Shown here piece by piece: positions 35,930-49,205 of a stretch of 58,995 nucleotides of DNA. The stretch is from Salisapilia sapeloensis CBS 127946 (taxonomy: Eukaryota; Protista; Oomycota). Position numbers and translations under genes: made by a program. Position 1 is the first letter of the stretch; each line of letters begins with the position of its first letter. The notes beneath the pieces were generated by a model that saw only the letters and a list, made by a program, of their open reading frames with translations, ran no database searches and was not told where the DNA came from. The stretch lies in assembly GCA_023334545.1 (NCBI GenBank), contig JAADVB010000104.1, positions 1-58,995 of the forward strand, written 5' to 3'.

Positions 35930-38900
35930 ATGCTCGAAGGCGCTCTCAAGTCCTGGATTTACTACTTCCTTGGCAAATACGTGGAAAGCCAAACGGTACA
36001 AGTATCTGCAAAATTTTGGAAGTCCTCAGAACGACTGAAGCTCGAGAATTTGACACTGAAAGAGAGTATCATCCCATCATGGCTGCCATTTCGATTGAAA
36101 GCAGGTTTCATCGGACAATTCGAAGCAGATCTACCATTCTCTGCGATCTTTGGTTCCTCAGCGGCTAAAATCAAGTTTGTCGATGTCTTACTCGTCCTTG
36201 AACCACTTACACACGATGAAGATGGACAACGACAGGAAATCTCGACACTTATCGAAACGAAGATGCAGATGCTAGAACAGGATCTCTTGCATCGATGGAA
36301 CGGCCCGGACGTGCCAGAGTTGCCGACAGATAATGACGGGTACTTTGGCACGGATGGATGGATTGGACGGACGATGACCAAGCTCATTGACAATCTACAG
36401 ATCGACATCCGCAACCTTCAAATTCGTATCGAAGGAACGTGGTCTCCGACCCAAGGGATGGGTTCGAGCTCTACATCCGCTTCCTTCCGATCGACAGACC
36501 ATGCGACAGAATCATTCTTTGCTGGTGGCATCACTGTCGGCTATTTATCTGCTGTGACGACGCCAAGTACGTGGGTAGTCGAGGGCGAAGAGTCATCCGG
36601 GCAAAAGGCAGACGATGATCAGTCGCATCTCGTCTTCAAACTCGTCAATGCAGTCGACGTATCCGCGTACATTGATCCACACACAGAATGCTTCATCGAT
36701 CCAGGAGCTGAGCAGAGTAAAGTGAAAGAAGCTTTGGCGCAGCTAAAGGAAATGGGGACAAAGCAGCGAGATATACCAGAGCCTTCTGCAGAACAAGAGA
36801 CCCAGGACACAGAAGGAAATATCGAGGATAATCGGCGACGGAAGATAGAAAGTCGCCATCGCTTCCTCGTGTCGCCAATCTCTATCTCGCTCAAGCTGAA
36901 GATGAACACAGCGGCGCAACACGCTCAGACAGAGGATCCTCGCTACCATGCAAGCTTCTTCCTTTCCCGTGTCCTCTTGTCTCTAGACGAAGAGCAGCTT
37001 TCCATTCTAAAGATGATGATCGATTCCTCGATGCATCATGAAGAGTGGCGGACAGCTATCTCGGAACAGGTAAAGCATTCGGAGCGGCAGGCAGCACATG
37101 ACTCGGCAAAAGGTCGGCATGCAGCAGAGGAATATGTAGAGCTGTGGAAGCGGAACATGGCATGGAAGTCAGAGGGACTGGATGAACTTAAGAACGAAGA
37201 GTGCTGGACGCGTGCCACGACGATAGAAGAGCATTGGCCATACGAATTCATCGTGTCTCTGCGTAATCAAGCAGGTCTCGAAACAGCGACCGGAGCACCG
37301 AATCGACACACCAGCTTGTGGCATGAGCTCAGTCACGCGGTCGACATCCCGCTGCCGGAAGTGAGTGTCTGGATCCCCTCTGGTCCATGCGGTCTTGAGC
37401 TAGAACTAACGCCGGATGGCAACGTCATGGTGACGAACTGGACGGACGAGTGTCCTCAAAACCTAAAGGATGCCATTCGCCCTGGTATGCTCTTGACCAA
37501 GATCGACAGCAAGGCTCTCGAGTCCGTACTGAGCGTCTCGTCAGCGTCTGACGTGGAGGTGGAACTCAATTCGATGCCAGATCCACACGTTCTCACGTTC
37601 CGGCATCAATCTCTATCCGAGCCGAATGTTACGCCAGACCATGCCGTCGCATGGGTCGAGATCGAGTCGGAGGAAATTAAGTTCCAGCTCGTACGAGCGC
37701 AGAAAGAGCAGGTACTCGCGGATGTTGTCCTGACGAGTCCTCTAGTCACCATCAGTGGCTTTGGACCAGGACTCTTCGCATACCATCGCTACGGTATCTC
37801 GATCGAGGACTTTTACATCCGTAATGCAATCGCTAGTGATGTCACAGGATACCATTGCATTGCTTCGAGTGTCGCACGACGAGTGCTGGATACGAAAGAA
37901 GAAGGAAAGCCTTCTCTTCGTCTTGAATTTGACTACTTGTATGCCGGTCATCCGGAAAGTACTCGGAATGATGTGACTTCATTCGGTTCGAAGATCCTAT
38001 TCGACCTTGGAAACTCCATCCTTGTCTTTGATGAAACGCTCATGACTAAACTCATCTACGCATGCCATGATTTCGTCAATGCTATCGCCAGTCCGGATGT
38101 CCATGGCGACTGCACGACGTTTGATTCCGTTCGTTCAGCACCGTTTCTTGATGCTGCATCGAATAATTCTACTAGACCTAGCTCCTTGAATACTATTGGC
38201 GAAGAAGATGAAGGCAAAACGGAAGATGAGAGCACCAAGTGCACGTACGAAGTGAATCTAAGTCACCTCCGACTCTTCATGAGCGCTGCGAAAGGTGTGT
38301 CGAACGATGTGCCGAATCCTGCGAGACAATCTTCCTACCCTCGACTCTTGCTCAAGCAGCTTGTGAGTAAGTCCAAGATGGCAAGTGTGGACGGATCGGA
38401 TTGGCGACAGGCAGCCCAAGCCATCGTCGTGCTGCAGCGATACGTCCGTGGAGCTCTCGTGCGTCGGCGACGGATGATCCGACTCGCATTAGCGCCCAAT
38501 CGATGGGTCTACTATAGCGGCGATGAGATGATGGGATGGTTGTACGTCCGTGACGATCTGCTCGCGTTCCGTCGATGGTACCGCGCATGGTGCTGTCTCG
38601 ACAGTGACGGCATCTTTGCCATCTACGACAATGGTTCTGGAGCTAACTGCCTCGATATATTCCACGTGAAAGATTGCAACATGATCTATCGACCTGACTC
38701 GGCCACTGGTCCGTTTAAACGCTCTGACGCGATGAAGTGCGACGTGATGGAAGTCGTGACGTCAGAAGGAGCTTCGCGTAAAGTCCTTGCGTCAGATGTG
38801 ACTGGAGAAATGTTAAAGTGGAAAAACGCGATGGAGAAGAATGCGAGACGGAATGCCGAACGTTGGAAGAAACAGAGTGGACGACTGACGGCTGCTGCTC

Positions 38901-41900
38901 AGCGTGTCGATAAGATCCAGAACAATAGTGACAAGCGATTGAATGAAAAGGAACGATTTGCTGGTCTGCCGTGGGGTATGATCTCGGATGAAATCCTTCT
39001 CGGTGGCTTCTCGGACGAATATCGACCGTACCGACTGCTAAAGCATGAAAAGTCGAACTGGATGATGTTGAGCGTAACGGACTTTAGCTTCTCGTGGGAC
39101 CTGCATCAAGGACCAGACCAGTACCAGTCTGCTTTCCATGCTGCCATTAGTGCCAACTACGTCAGTATTCGAGACTATCGGAAAGCCACGAACCACGGGC
39201 TATTGCATGTAGGTGACGCGTTCTTGACGCTGCAGAACGGCTTGCTTCGGCCAGCGAAACTTCATTCAGAGCAGCTTGTCAAAGGCCCATTCCTAAAGCT
39301 CGAAGCGTGGTATCGTGGGACGCAGGCGGCCGTCACGTGGCCTGGGAAACGCGAAGGGTTGACGGTCAATATGTCGATTTCGGGATGGGCCATGCCACTG
39401 AATCTCCTTGAACTCATCTTTGATGCCATTGAGGTATTGGATATACTCTGGACGCTCCCAGAACAAGAAAAGGAGGAAGCGTCTTCGAATCGACAGACGA
39501 ATACTGGAGACCAGTACGTGGGTCGGCAGTCAACGCCACAGCCAGTAGGACCAGCGTACCTCGTGCCGACGCTACGTATTCAGATCGATGCACCGATGCT
39601 AGAGGCGTATGTCGAAGACACACACTGCGTTGCGAAGCTGTCGGTGGAGCAAAGTCAGATCAAGTACAATGCTGATGCAGACTCGGAGACTGTCAACATC
39701 TACGTCGGTCCGACTGCACTCTTTGTCTTGACGGACGACGTTGCGCTTCGACTGGCACAAGTGGCTAGCTTTGGTACGACGTACGAACTACGTCTACACC
39801 ACTCGACGGAACAGTATGAGGGGTGCAAGCTCTGTCGCACCGCAGTGTCCAAACGACATGCCCAGCGTGCATTCAACGTGACGATCGGGCAGGTCAAGTT
39901 GGAAGCTGATCGACGTCTAGAGCTACTCTACGCTCTCTTAGGCGCTCTAGCCACCAGCAATAGTGATGTGTTGAGTGAGGAAGACATTGACGAAAGGGTG
40001 AGTGAACCGGATGAAAACGCAGCTGACAAACCTCGTGAGCAAACGCACGCATCTGCATCTGCATCTGCGATGCGAAGTGCGAAGAGTGATAGCTTACTTG
40101 ATCATCAGCATGCAGACCGTATACGCTCGATGCAGTCTGGATTTTCAGATAAAGAGTCGTCGGACTTGCAAGCACCGGCAATTGGTTTCAGTCGCACATT
40201 CGCTGCTCCTTCTCCTGCCACGCGCAGTCGTGGATCTGGTGCAACGTCAAATGGAGGCGATGCTGGATTTAGAAGCTCTGGTTTCGAACGTAATCGTGGC
40301 CTCCAGCGACAGGCGTACCTCTGGCTATCACCGCTTTTAACTTATCAAACATACATTAGCGTCATTGGTGATGTAAACGACCGCAGTGCTCGACGTCCGA
40401 CACTCTTTCGCCAACGTCTGCGCATTGGACGAGTCACGGACAAGTTCTCCGCTTCGTGTTCGTCTGTCGTATTCGAAGTGATTAAACGAAGCCTCTCTGT
40501 CGTTGCTCTCGACACGTATATTCCTGTGATGAACTTGTCTGTGAGCGACATGAAGCTCCAAGCACTAACCGGTACAGAGTTCGAATACGACTATCAAGTC
40601 GATGCAAAGCTACAGATATCCGCTAGGTACTACAACACCACACTCGCAGACTGGGAACCATTCGTCGAGCCGTGGTTGGCCTATGCGAAAGCTAGTCGCC
40701 ATCATGAAGAAGGTCGACCTGGTGTGTCCGTTGAGCTGAATGCCATGCAACGACTCAATTTGAATATAACGAATGCACTTGTGCGTCTCGCCACGAGTGT
40801 CACGAAGAGTAGAAACAAACACATTTATTATGCTGAAAAGAGATCTCTACTAGCAGCTGCAACCGATGCAGAAGCGAAGAAAGAGGACGGACGAGTGAGT
40901 GTCTTGAACAACTTGGGTGTGCCCATCCGGTTGGCGAATTTAAATACATCTCGTGCCGGTACGCTCCGTGTGGAGATACGAGACGGATGGGGATTCCCAA
41001 CGTACAATCGTTTCCACGACGTGCGTGTTGAAGTCGCGCTGCTCCCGTGGTGGCATCCGTGCGAAGTACAGCAGCTGGAGAACCTTGCGCATACGTTCGA
41101 GCTCCCGTACAGCGGAGCTCAGTCAGGTGTAACGCCAATCCTACGCATCGATGTTGCATCTGCAGACGAAAGTCGCGGGCAATACGTCTTTGATCACGTC
41201 GCGAACAAGTACGTTGAGGCAGACGACGCTGACGTGGAAGACACGGAGGACGGGTCGACCTTTTCCATGCCAGTGTTCCAACCCGCTAGCGGTCGAGGTA
41301 CACGAGGCGATAGCGTCGCGTTACCGCACACAAAGTGGTCGTCAGTCGGTACGACGGAAGTGAATCTCGCTCGAGGTGTCATGGGTACTCGAGGCGAAGA
41401 GATCTCGAAAATCAATCGCTGGTATCGCCTCCATGATTCTCGAGGCACACCAACGGGCGAGATCTTTGTCGCTCTGCAGTTCATTCCACATAATGCACCA
41501 GAGTCATCACGCAGCACGGAGAGCGATAGCGACCACGTCCAGGACGGAAGGACACTCATCTTTGATCCGTTAAAAATTGCCACGGCCAAAGACCCTCGCT
41601 CGACCAACTCAAATCAGTTGCGACAAGATAGTGAGACACAGGCCTCGCATGAGCGTATTGTGCTTTCAGAAGGACTGCGGACGAGCTACATCCCGCCGTT
41701 AGCGTTGGAAGTGATGATTGGAACGAAACGATGCAGTCTGCTGTGTCCAATGCGACGAGCAGGAAAGTTTCTCGTTCAAGGCGAGGGCGTGCTAGCCGAA
41801 GTCAAGGTGGCACAGAGGGATGAATTCCGTCGTGTTCTCGTCCTCAACTCTCCTGTCCAACTAAAGAACGGCACGAGTATCGATATGAAGCTCTGGACGT

Positions 41901-44900
41901 CCAAAAAACGCGCACAGCCGGGTGATAACGGGCCTCTGCCTCCATCCATCGAACCGATGCAGCTATCTAGTAAGAACAAGGTGTCAGTCCCCTTAAGTGC
42001 CTTGTACGGCGGATCTACGCAGTCGTTGGTAGTCAAGGTAGATGGATGCAAACCGACGGCGGTGACGAACATGGCGGAGATCGCTGCTGGGTCGTTTGTG
42101 CTGATATTAAGCCCTGAGGAAGAAGGTGGACGAGGTTACTGTCTCTTTATCAAGATCATTTCATTCATGCGGAAAGTGTATCGAGAAGAACAGCAAGCGA
42201 CGATCACGCGTGGGAACGGTGCAGACCATGACGAGCTCCAGTCGTACGCGACTAAGTATCAAGTCTGTTTCCACTCGTGTCTTGTCTTTGAAAACACACT
42301 ACCGTTGCGTGTATTGTATAAGATAATTGCAACAGGTACGTCCGGTAGTTATGAATATGAACTTGCATCAGGAACGTTAGTACCTGGGGAAGAAGTGCTG
42401 TTACACGAGTTTCAGAAAGAGGCACAGCTCATCCTTCGACTCCCGGAGATCAACTCCCAATGGTCCGACGCTATTAGTCTTAGCGACTGCATCTACCGTG
42501 ATGGCATGGGGAAAGCAGTGCAGACCATACTAGGCGCAAGAGCGTATCAGGTTCCTTTTATCCAGTTCTATCCACGGTCTGGCGGATCCAACGTTGAGCT
42601 AGAAGCAGAGTTTGAGGAAAGGAACAAGGTAACTGCACGGATAGAGTACACGACGACGGCGTATGGCAATCCTCGTGTTGTCATCTACAGTCAGCTGTGG
42701 ATCTTCAACCAGTCGCATCTGCGCACACTTCTCGTTCGAGACGCTGAAGTGCCGAATCCACACATCCTGAATATACCTCAGATAATTCCGCAACGTCCGG
42801 TCCCGCAGCTCATGGACTGTCCTGAACAGGCGTTTGAGATCAGCACGATCGTCGAGCAAGAAGTTTCCGGATGGTCCGATAAGATCCATTCGAATGTTGT
42901 TGGTGTTCAAGCACCTGTGGGACTCAAGTTCCGTGCTGGTAGCATGGGTCCTTGGTCCAAGAAAGAGATCGGTATCTCCATCCAACGCCCTCTAGGCAAA
43001 TTCCACCGGACGACGCAAGTGGTTGTGACTTCTCGATTGGTGTTTGTCAACAAAGTGGAGTGGGGAATCAAAATCTCTCAGCACGCTCGTGATCATAACG
43101 TTCTTGAGCTCGAACCGGCATCAGGAGACACACCGACACCTGCTCCTTTTGACTTTGATACGAGCGGAAGGACAACGAAACGACAAGTGTACTTGAGTCT
43201 CAGCCAAGGAGGAGAGGCATGGAGTGGTCCGTTCACTGTCGATGAAGAGAAAGAGTTCCCGCTTCGACTTCGCGTGAGTGCAGGCGGTTGGAAAGAAAAG
43301 TTTGACGGAGAGTACGCGCGAGATGGTCTCCAGAGGTCGGACATTAACGTCTATCGCATACGTGTCCGCATCTCGAGCGTCGGTCCGACCATGGTCGTGA
43401 CCCTGATGCAGGACGATCCGCCCATGTACATCATCTGTAACGAGTCGGACTATGACCTCTTTGTAAATGAGGCTGAGTCGTCCAATTGCGTATACCCTGT
43501 TCGTAGTAGAGAGTTCATTCCTTTCGCTTGGTCGAAACCAGACCGACTGAGACGAGTTAATTGCCGATATGGTGAGCAAGGCAGCACGTACTCATCGTCG
43601 CTCGCTGTTCGAGTGTACGACTTTGATGACTTGGACAGAGAAAAAGGGCATGAAGAGTTCATCACTAAGTACGGCAACGCGAACCAGGCCGTATCAGCGC
43701 ACATTGTCGTGTCCAGGTCTTCTCGTCTATTGATTTTCCAGAACCACGACCATACCAAAGTCCCGCGCTACGTTCTGGAAGTAAAAGTCATCGCAGCAAG
43801 AATGAAGCGAGATTATGCGAACCGAGAGGAAGTCGGCAGTGCATACTGTATCGCCGCAACAGATACCGGGAGGGTAAGCATAGTGTTCTCATGTATATTT
43901 AAGAATGATAATACTAACATGTACGATGTAAATGGATAGCCAAAGAAGGTAGAATCGGAAAAGCAAAAGAGAGCGCATGTGTATCGTTTTGACTCGGAGA
44001 TCCTGGCATTCTCGGAAGAAAACCGTCCGCGAAAACTCGCACTAGCACTCTTTAATCCGTCCAAAAAGAAACAGACTGTCAATGAGACGGATGTAGCTGC
44101 CATCGACATTAACGATAACATGATTTCCGTTCCGGCTGGAGGATCGTCACCGCCAAGTCCGATGGGTGGAGACACGAGTGGACCGTTCAACGGCATGGAG
44201 ACACCGGAAGCTTCGCCATTAAGCCACCCCCGACACATCCTCCACTCGTCTTCTTTGCCTCGGCATCGAGGCTTTTATGAAAATGAAGATGAACTATCGG
44301 ATGCCAACTACCCTGTCCAACTGAGCGACGTTCAACGCATCAGTCACTCAGACGCGCTGTCGGATCTGTCGGATGATGATAGCAAAGGCGATCCTTCTGC
44401 GAATAAACCGAGTGGTGTGCTGGAGATTAAGATCCCGAAGAAGGCATGGACGTATCTTGGCGTAGGAGCACGGCACTCTAGCTCATGGTCGATCAACGGC
44501 GCCGAGCGAGGTCTGCAGCCGCTTGGACGTATGGAAGGCCATTGGTGGGATCTACGAGATCCTGATAGTGGAGAACTCGTAGGCGAAGTTCAAGTGGCGC
44601 TCAACTTCCGTACATCTGATCGTCCGCAGGCACAAGCTTCCGAGACGCTCGAAGTTCGCGTGTCTGTCCCGAGTGTCGGTGTCTCCTTCCTGCATAATTC
44701 GAACTCGACCATGGTCGAAGTAGCGTATTGGTCCATGCAACGACTCAAGCTACTCTACTCGCGTGTCGACAAGAACAGCGAGGCAGTGGTGTCGATTGGG
44801 AACATGCAAATGGACAATCAGATGGATGCGGAAGTCGTCTTAGGGCCGCGTGTGCATCGTGTCAAGGAAGGCGTGTCCGTACGCCTTCGAGACCGGTGGC

Positions 44901-46063
44901 AGAGCTTTCTCAACTACAAGTATCGTGGTATCTTTGAGCAGCTCGATACGGCCAATTATGATGTCATCCACTTCCAAATGCTCTGGAACGGTAACAACGA
45001 TCCAGGAGAAGTGCGTCACTTTGAGTTGATCCAATTAGATATCCAAGAGCTCGAGATCTCGACGGATGAAAAGTTTGTCGTGAACTTGATTAGTGTCTTC
45101 CAGGAACTCGAATGGTTGTCTAGTAATTACGACTTTAAAGAAGTGGTGGATACGCAACTTGACTACACGGGTGCTAGTGTTAAGGGCGCGAGCGATGGAG
45201 ATGGGAACACACCGGATGGATTCTACATTGAAGAGCTCGATATCGAACCCATACGAATTAAATTTAGCATGGAACTCAATGGTGGTCGACATATCCAGAC
45301 GCTTGGACCAAGCGTCCGACGATTCGCAGTCTACTTGCCAGAGACCAACGTCAAGGACTTTCGATTGTACCTCACGCGTCTCGCGTTTGCACACTTGTAT
45401 GAGACGCAGGCGTCGCTTACGGCGAAGCTCATGCGCCGATACCAGCAGCAAGCTGTCATTCTCGTGCTCCGAGGTCTCCACACAGTCTCGGGGTATGCGA
45501 ATCCCTTCCGGTTTGTATACCGACTCGGCCACGGCCTAGTGGAGATCGTTCGACTACCTGCTCGCGGTCTTGCGTCTGGAAGTCCGGTGGAGCTACTCAC
45601 TGGCGCCTACTTGGGTGTCCGATCGCTCGTGATGAATGTCATTAGTGCCAGTTACGAGATGGTGGCGGGTGGTACTGCGATCATGACGGCCGTGGCAGGT
45701 CCGTTGGTCCCTGATACGCGTCGAAAGGCGTTTGAAGAGGATATGATTGGATTCCAGCGAGCTGTCATTGAGGAAGTGAGTACCTTTGATGCAGCGGAAG
45801 AGCGTACGATGACAAAGGTGATTATTCGCAAGCCGCGAGAGTTTGATCCGGCAGGTGTCGGCTTAGTTACGGTCTACGGACCTGGGTCCATGCCCATGGA
45901 AGAGCAGGATCGTATCGACCATCACGCCGTTCTGCTAGTACAGCACTGGTGGCGGCGGCGACGACTCGCCTATGTCTTATACTCTGAAGCGCTGCGACTT
46001 CGTCCTGAGATTGGGCAGATGGAGGCACGTCTCGCGCATCGTATCGAGTGCCTAGTCCAGTAA
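35930..46063 (+). CDS. VPS13: VPS13-family (chorein-N) bridge-like lipid transfer protein, about 3,355 aa, with PDZ-like, IQ, PH and C2 inserts
   Basis: MLEGALKSWIYYFLGKYVE...LKLENLTLK...LKAGFIGQFEADLPF; DWEPFVEPW; VAB/SHR-BD-like repeats (LVLNSPVQLKN, FENTLP, SQLWIFNQS, RLVFVNK, PMYIICNES); MQMDNQM; C-terminal helical region. One intron at 43874-43939. Confidence 0.85.
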
Positions 46064-46485
46064 TTGATAAACTACGTTATCGTTTATATGTCCAATACTC
46101 GACTTCATCCTTGTTTATGCTTACATTGCCTCTACATTACTCTTTTATACGTAGCTTCTGGTTTTGTATCCTTGCAGCATTTACGCGGACTCTGTAGACT
46201 TGGCAGTGGAAGCTTAGGACGCTGTCCTAGGTTACTATTTACCCGTTTCAGAGCATCATCTTGCACAACGCTTTCCCACGTAGATGAGATGAATGCTTTT
46301 TTCTAGACCAAGGCAATTTCTTTAATGCTCCTTCGCTTTCCATCAAGAAAATGATATCGTAGTGATCCTACTAATCCAAAAGCTTCATCTTCGCATTTCC
46401 AAGATAAACAAAAAACACATTTAAACTATAAAATTTTGTATACAAAACCCAAGTCAAATTATAAGTACACGAACACGAGTTGGAT

Positions 46486-49205
46486 ATGGATGAGCTCCTG
46501 GAGAATCTCGCACATGACCGTACGCATCTGCTCTATACACTCCCTTCAACATACTTCGTACTCATGCATGCAATTATACAGCCCAACTCCGACCTTTCCT
46601 ATCAGCGGATTGCGACGTCAAAGCAATTGCGAGCGACGTCGTCGCGCAGGATTCGTCAGCTCGACCTGGACATCGACCTCGCAATCTGAGTCATGCTAGG
46701 AGCAGTGACATTGCAGTCGATTCAAGCTACTCGGAGCAATTCGTTCACCTGCTTAGCAACACTGTACAAGATGTAGATCGTGCTGTCGGGGAGCGCGTAG
46801 GCGACCAGCACGCCGAGCTGCTCAAGCAGGTTGGATCCGTTGAAGGCCTCCAATCGCACGTATCAATCGTGCAGCGGTCTGTAGGTGACCTTAAGAAGAG
46901 TATACAACAGCTGGAATCACATGCTCGTCGGCAGCAGGAAACACTTACACGCCAAGTGCGTGCTCATAGCAACATCCATGCCAGCAGCGACCTCGTTCGT
47001 CGCGTACTGCGTTTCCATCAGTTATCGCAACGTATCCTAGAATCTAGTAAACAGGAAGAAAATAGCCACGAGAATGATCAGCCCGATACAGAGAGTACAC
47101 ACAGAATGGCACTGGCACTTGCGCTTCGAGAGATCGAAACGATATCGCAGGACCATCGCTTTGAGGAGATCAGCATCGTCCAAGAACGTCTGCCATCTAT
47201 TCGACGCATACGAGCCACGTTAAGACGCAACGTCCACTCCGATCTTCGTGTCGGTGTCCACAACTTGAGTCAAGCGGACGTAGGAGAAGCGCTACAGGTG
47301 CTATACTACCTAGGCGCCTTGGAAGAGTGTGTACAATCGACCGTAAATGCACTAGTAGAAGAAGTAGAACGCAAGTGTTCTGGAGCCATTGCTCAGGAGA
47401 AACTAGTAGGACAAAGTAATGCATTGGATAGGAATGGGCAGGTGGCGCACAAGGCAGACGTGTGGGAAGCATTCCATCGATCCTTTGATACCGTCCGCTC
47501 CGGTGCGGTTCAAGTATGGAACTTGCAGCGCGTCCTGATGAAAATGACGGACGGTACATCTCAACAAACGTACCTTGACATGGTCCTCCAACCGGATGAA
47601 CCATCGCTCGTGAAAACCTTTTGGGATGTATCTTGTGCTGTGTTACGTGAAGTATTCACATCCGCTCTGTCTTATCGTCCTGCCATAAGAGACGTTATCG
47701 TCAATGCCTATCCTCGCGTAAGAGAAGAAGCGACTCGAGTGCTTCGAGAGCTGCTAGAGAACACATCTCCACCGTCCGATTCATCTCTCCTATCCTCAGA
47801 ACGAGTGATACAGGATAAAGGCAAGAGCTCTACCTACGTTCGTGGTCTCTCGGCTGTAGCAAGTACGTCGGAAGATCAGGATCTGTTCCTAGACGCCATG
47901 GAATCCATCTACGAAGCGTACATGAACACAGTCTACAAACGACTATCGCACCCAGTGGAGCTCATGTTCCCTCAAAACACTGGCTATCACACGGCGCCAC
48001 CTAGTCGATCGGATGTCCAGACACTGTCTCGAGCCATCCTCACGGAGATTGAGTCGGCTGGAAAGGATGCCGCGTTGCTTGATGGCGTACTAACCAAAGT
48101 CCAAAAGGTCGTGCAAACGTTCTGTGGACATGCCAATCGCATCGCCTACAAAGGTAACGCTGCGTCCTTGACGACAGCAACGTTCGGTCGGACGCAGACG
48201 CAAGCGCATAACGTCGTGCTGATCAACGCAATCAACTATGTCGCACAGACAGTTGACCGCTTCAGTACGCTTTTAACGGAAGGCAATAAAGCATCGAGTA
48301 AGGAGGAAGGAGAAGCTGAAGCAGCTCTAACTCATTCCTGTGAAAAACACGCGACAGCATGTAGAGAGCTGCTGGATGACGCGACGTGCACCATCCTTGG
48401 GCCATACCTCCAAGCACTTGCAGGCATCCTAGAGCGCGTGATTGCCAAGATGCATAACGAGTCCTTTGGGGATCCTGCAGGTGATTTGTCCAGCGGAAAC
48501 ACCTCTCGATCACACTTTATGGTCGAGTTTAACGCGACATTCAACGCCGTCATCAAGGAGCACATCCAGCGGCTACCGGACATTCCAATCGTCGTGGACT
48601 GTATTCAAGACCTAGCTGCAAGAATCGTATCGATGTTCATCCGCCACGCAGCTCTTTTGCGACCACTGATGGAAGCTGGGAAGCTGCGTCTAGCAAATGA
48701 CTTGGCGCAGTTGGAACTCCAGATGGAGTCAATGCTCCCGATACGAGCGCTCGGTCGTCCGTACGAAGAGCTACGTGCCTTTCGGAAGCTCATCTTTCTA
48801 GACGATGCTGATCTCGCGCGTGACCCGACGGTCGACAAGGTCCGTCCGAGCAATGTATGGCATCATCTGATCGGTCGAGGACCACCAGAGCTCCAGCTAC
48901 CGCATTTCCTAGACCAGACGACACCTGCCAAGTACATTGAATGGCTGGAGACGAGAGCTGGCATAGCAGAGTCGGCACAGCCAGCGTCCTATCGGGATGT
49001 ACCTCTGGGGTACCCTTGTCTAAAGGACGAGAAGGTGGCGTTAAAGGCAGAGAAGGCAGCATGGAAGATGGTATCTGCTTGTCTCGACGTGTACTCCCAG
49101 CGAGTCAACGGAGACACAGGCGCATCTAACTCTATCTACAGTATCTTGGAGGAATCAGGTCCGACGCTCTTGGCGGGATACCCACTGCTCAAGACGGACG
49201 GTTAG
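46486..49205 (+). CDS. COG5: Conserved oligomeric Golgi complex subunit 5
   Basis: Spliced PQLRPFLSADCDVKAIASD...VGDQHAELLKQ; YPRVRE; RHAALLRPLMEAGKLRLANDLAQLE...LRAFRKLIF. Intron at 46520-46581. Confidence 0.88.
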
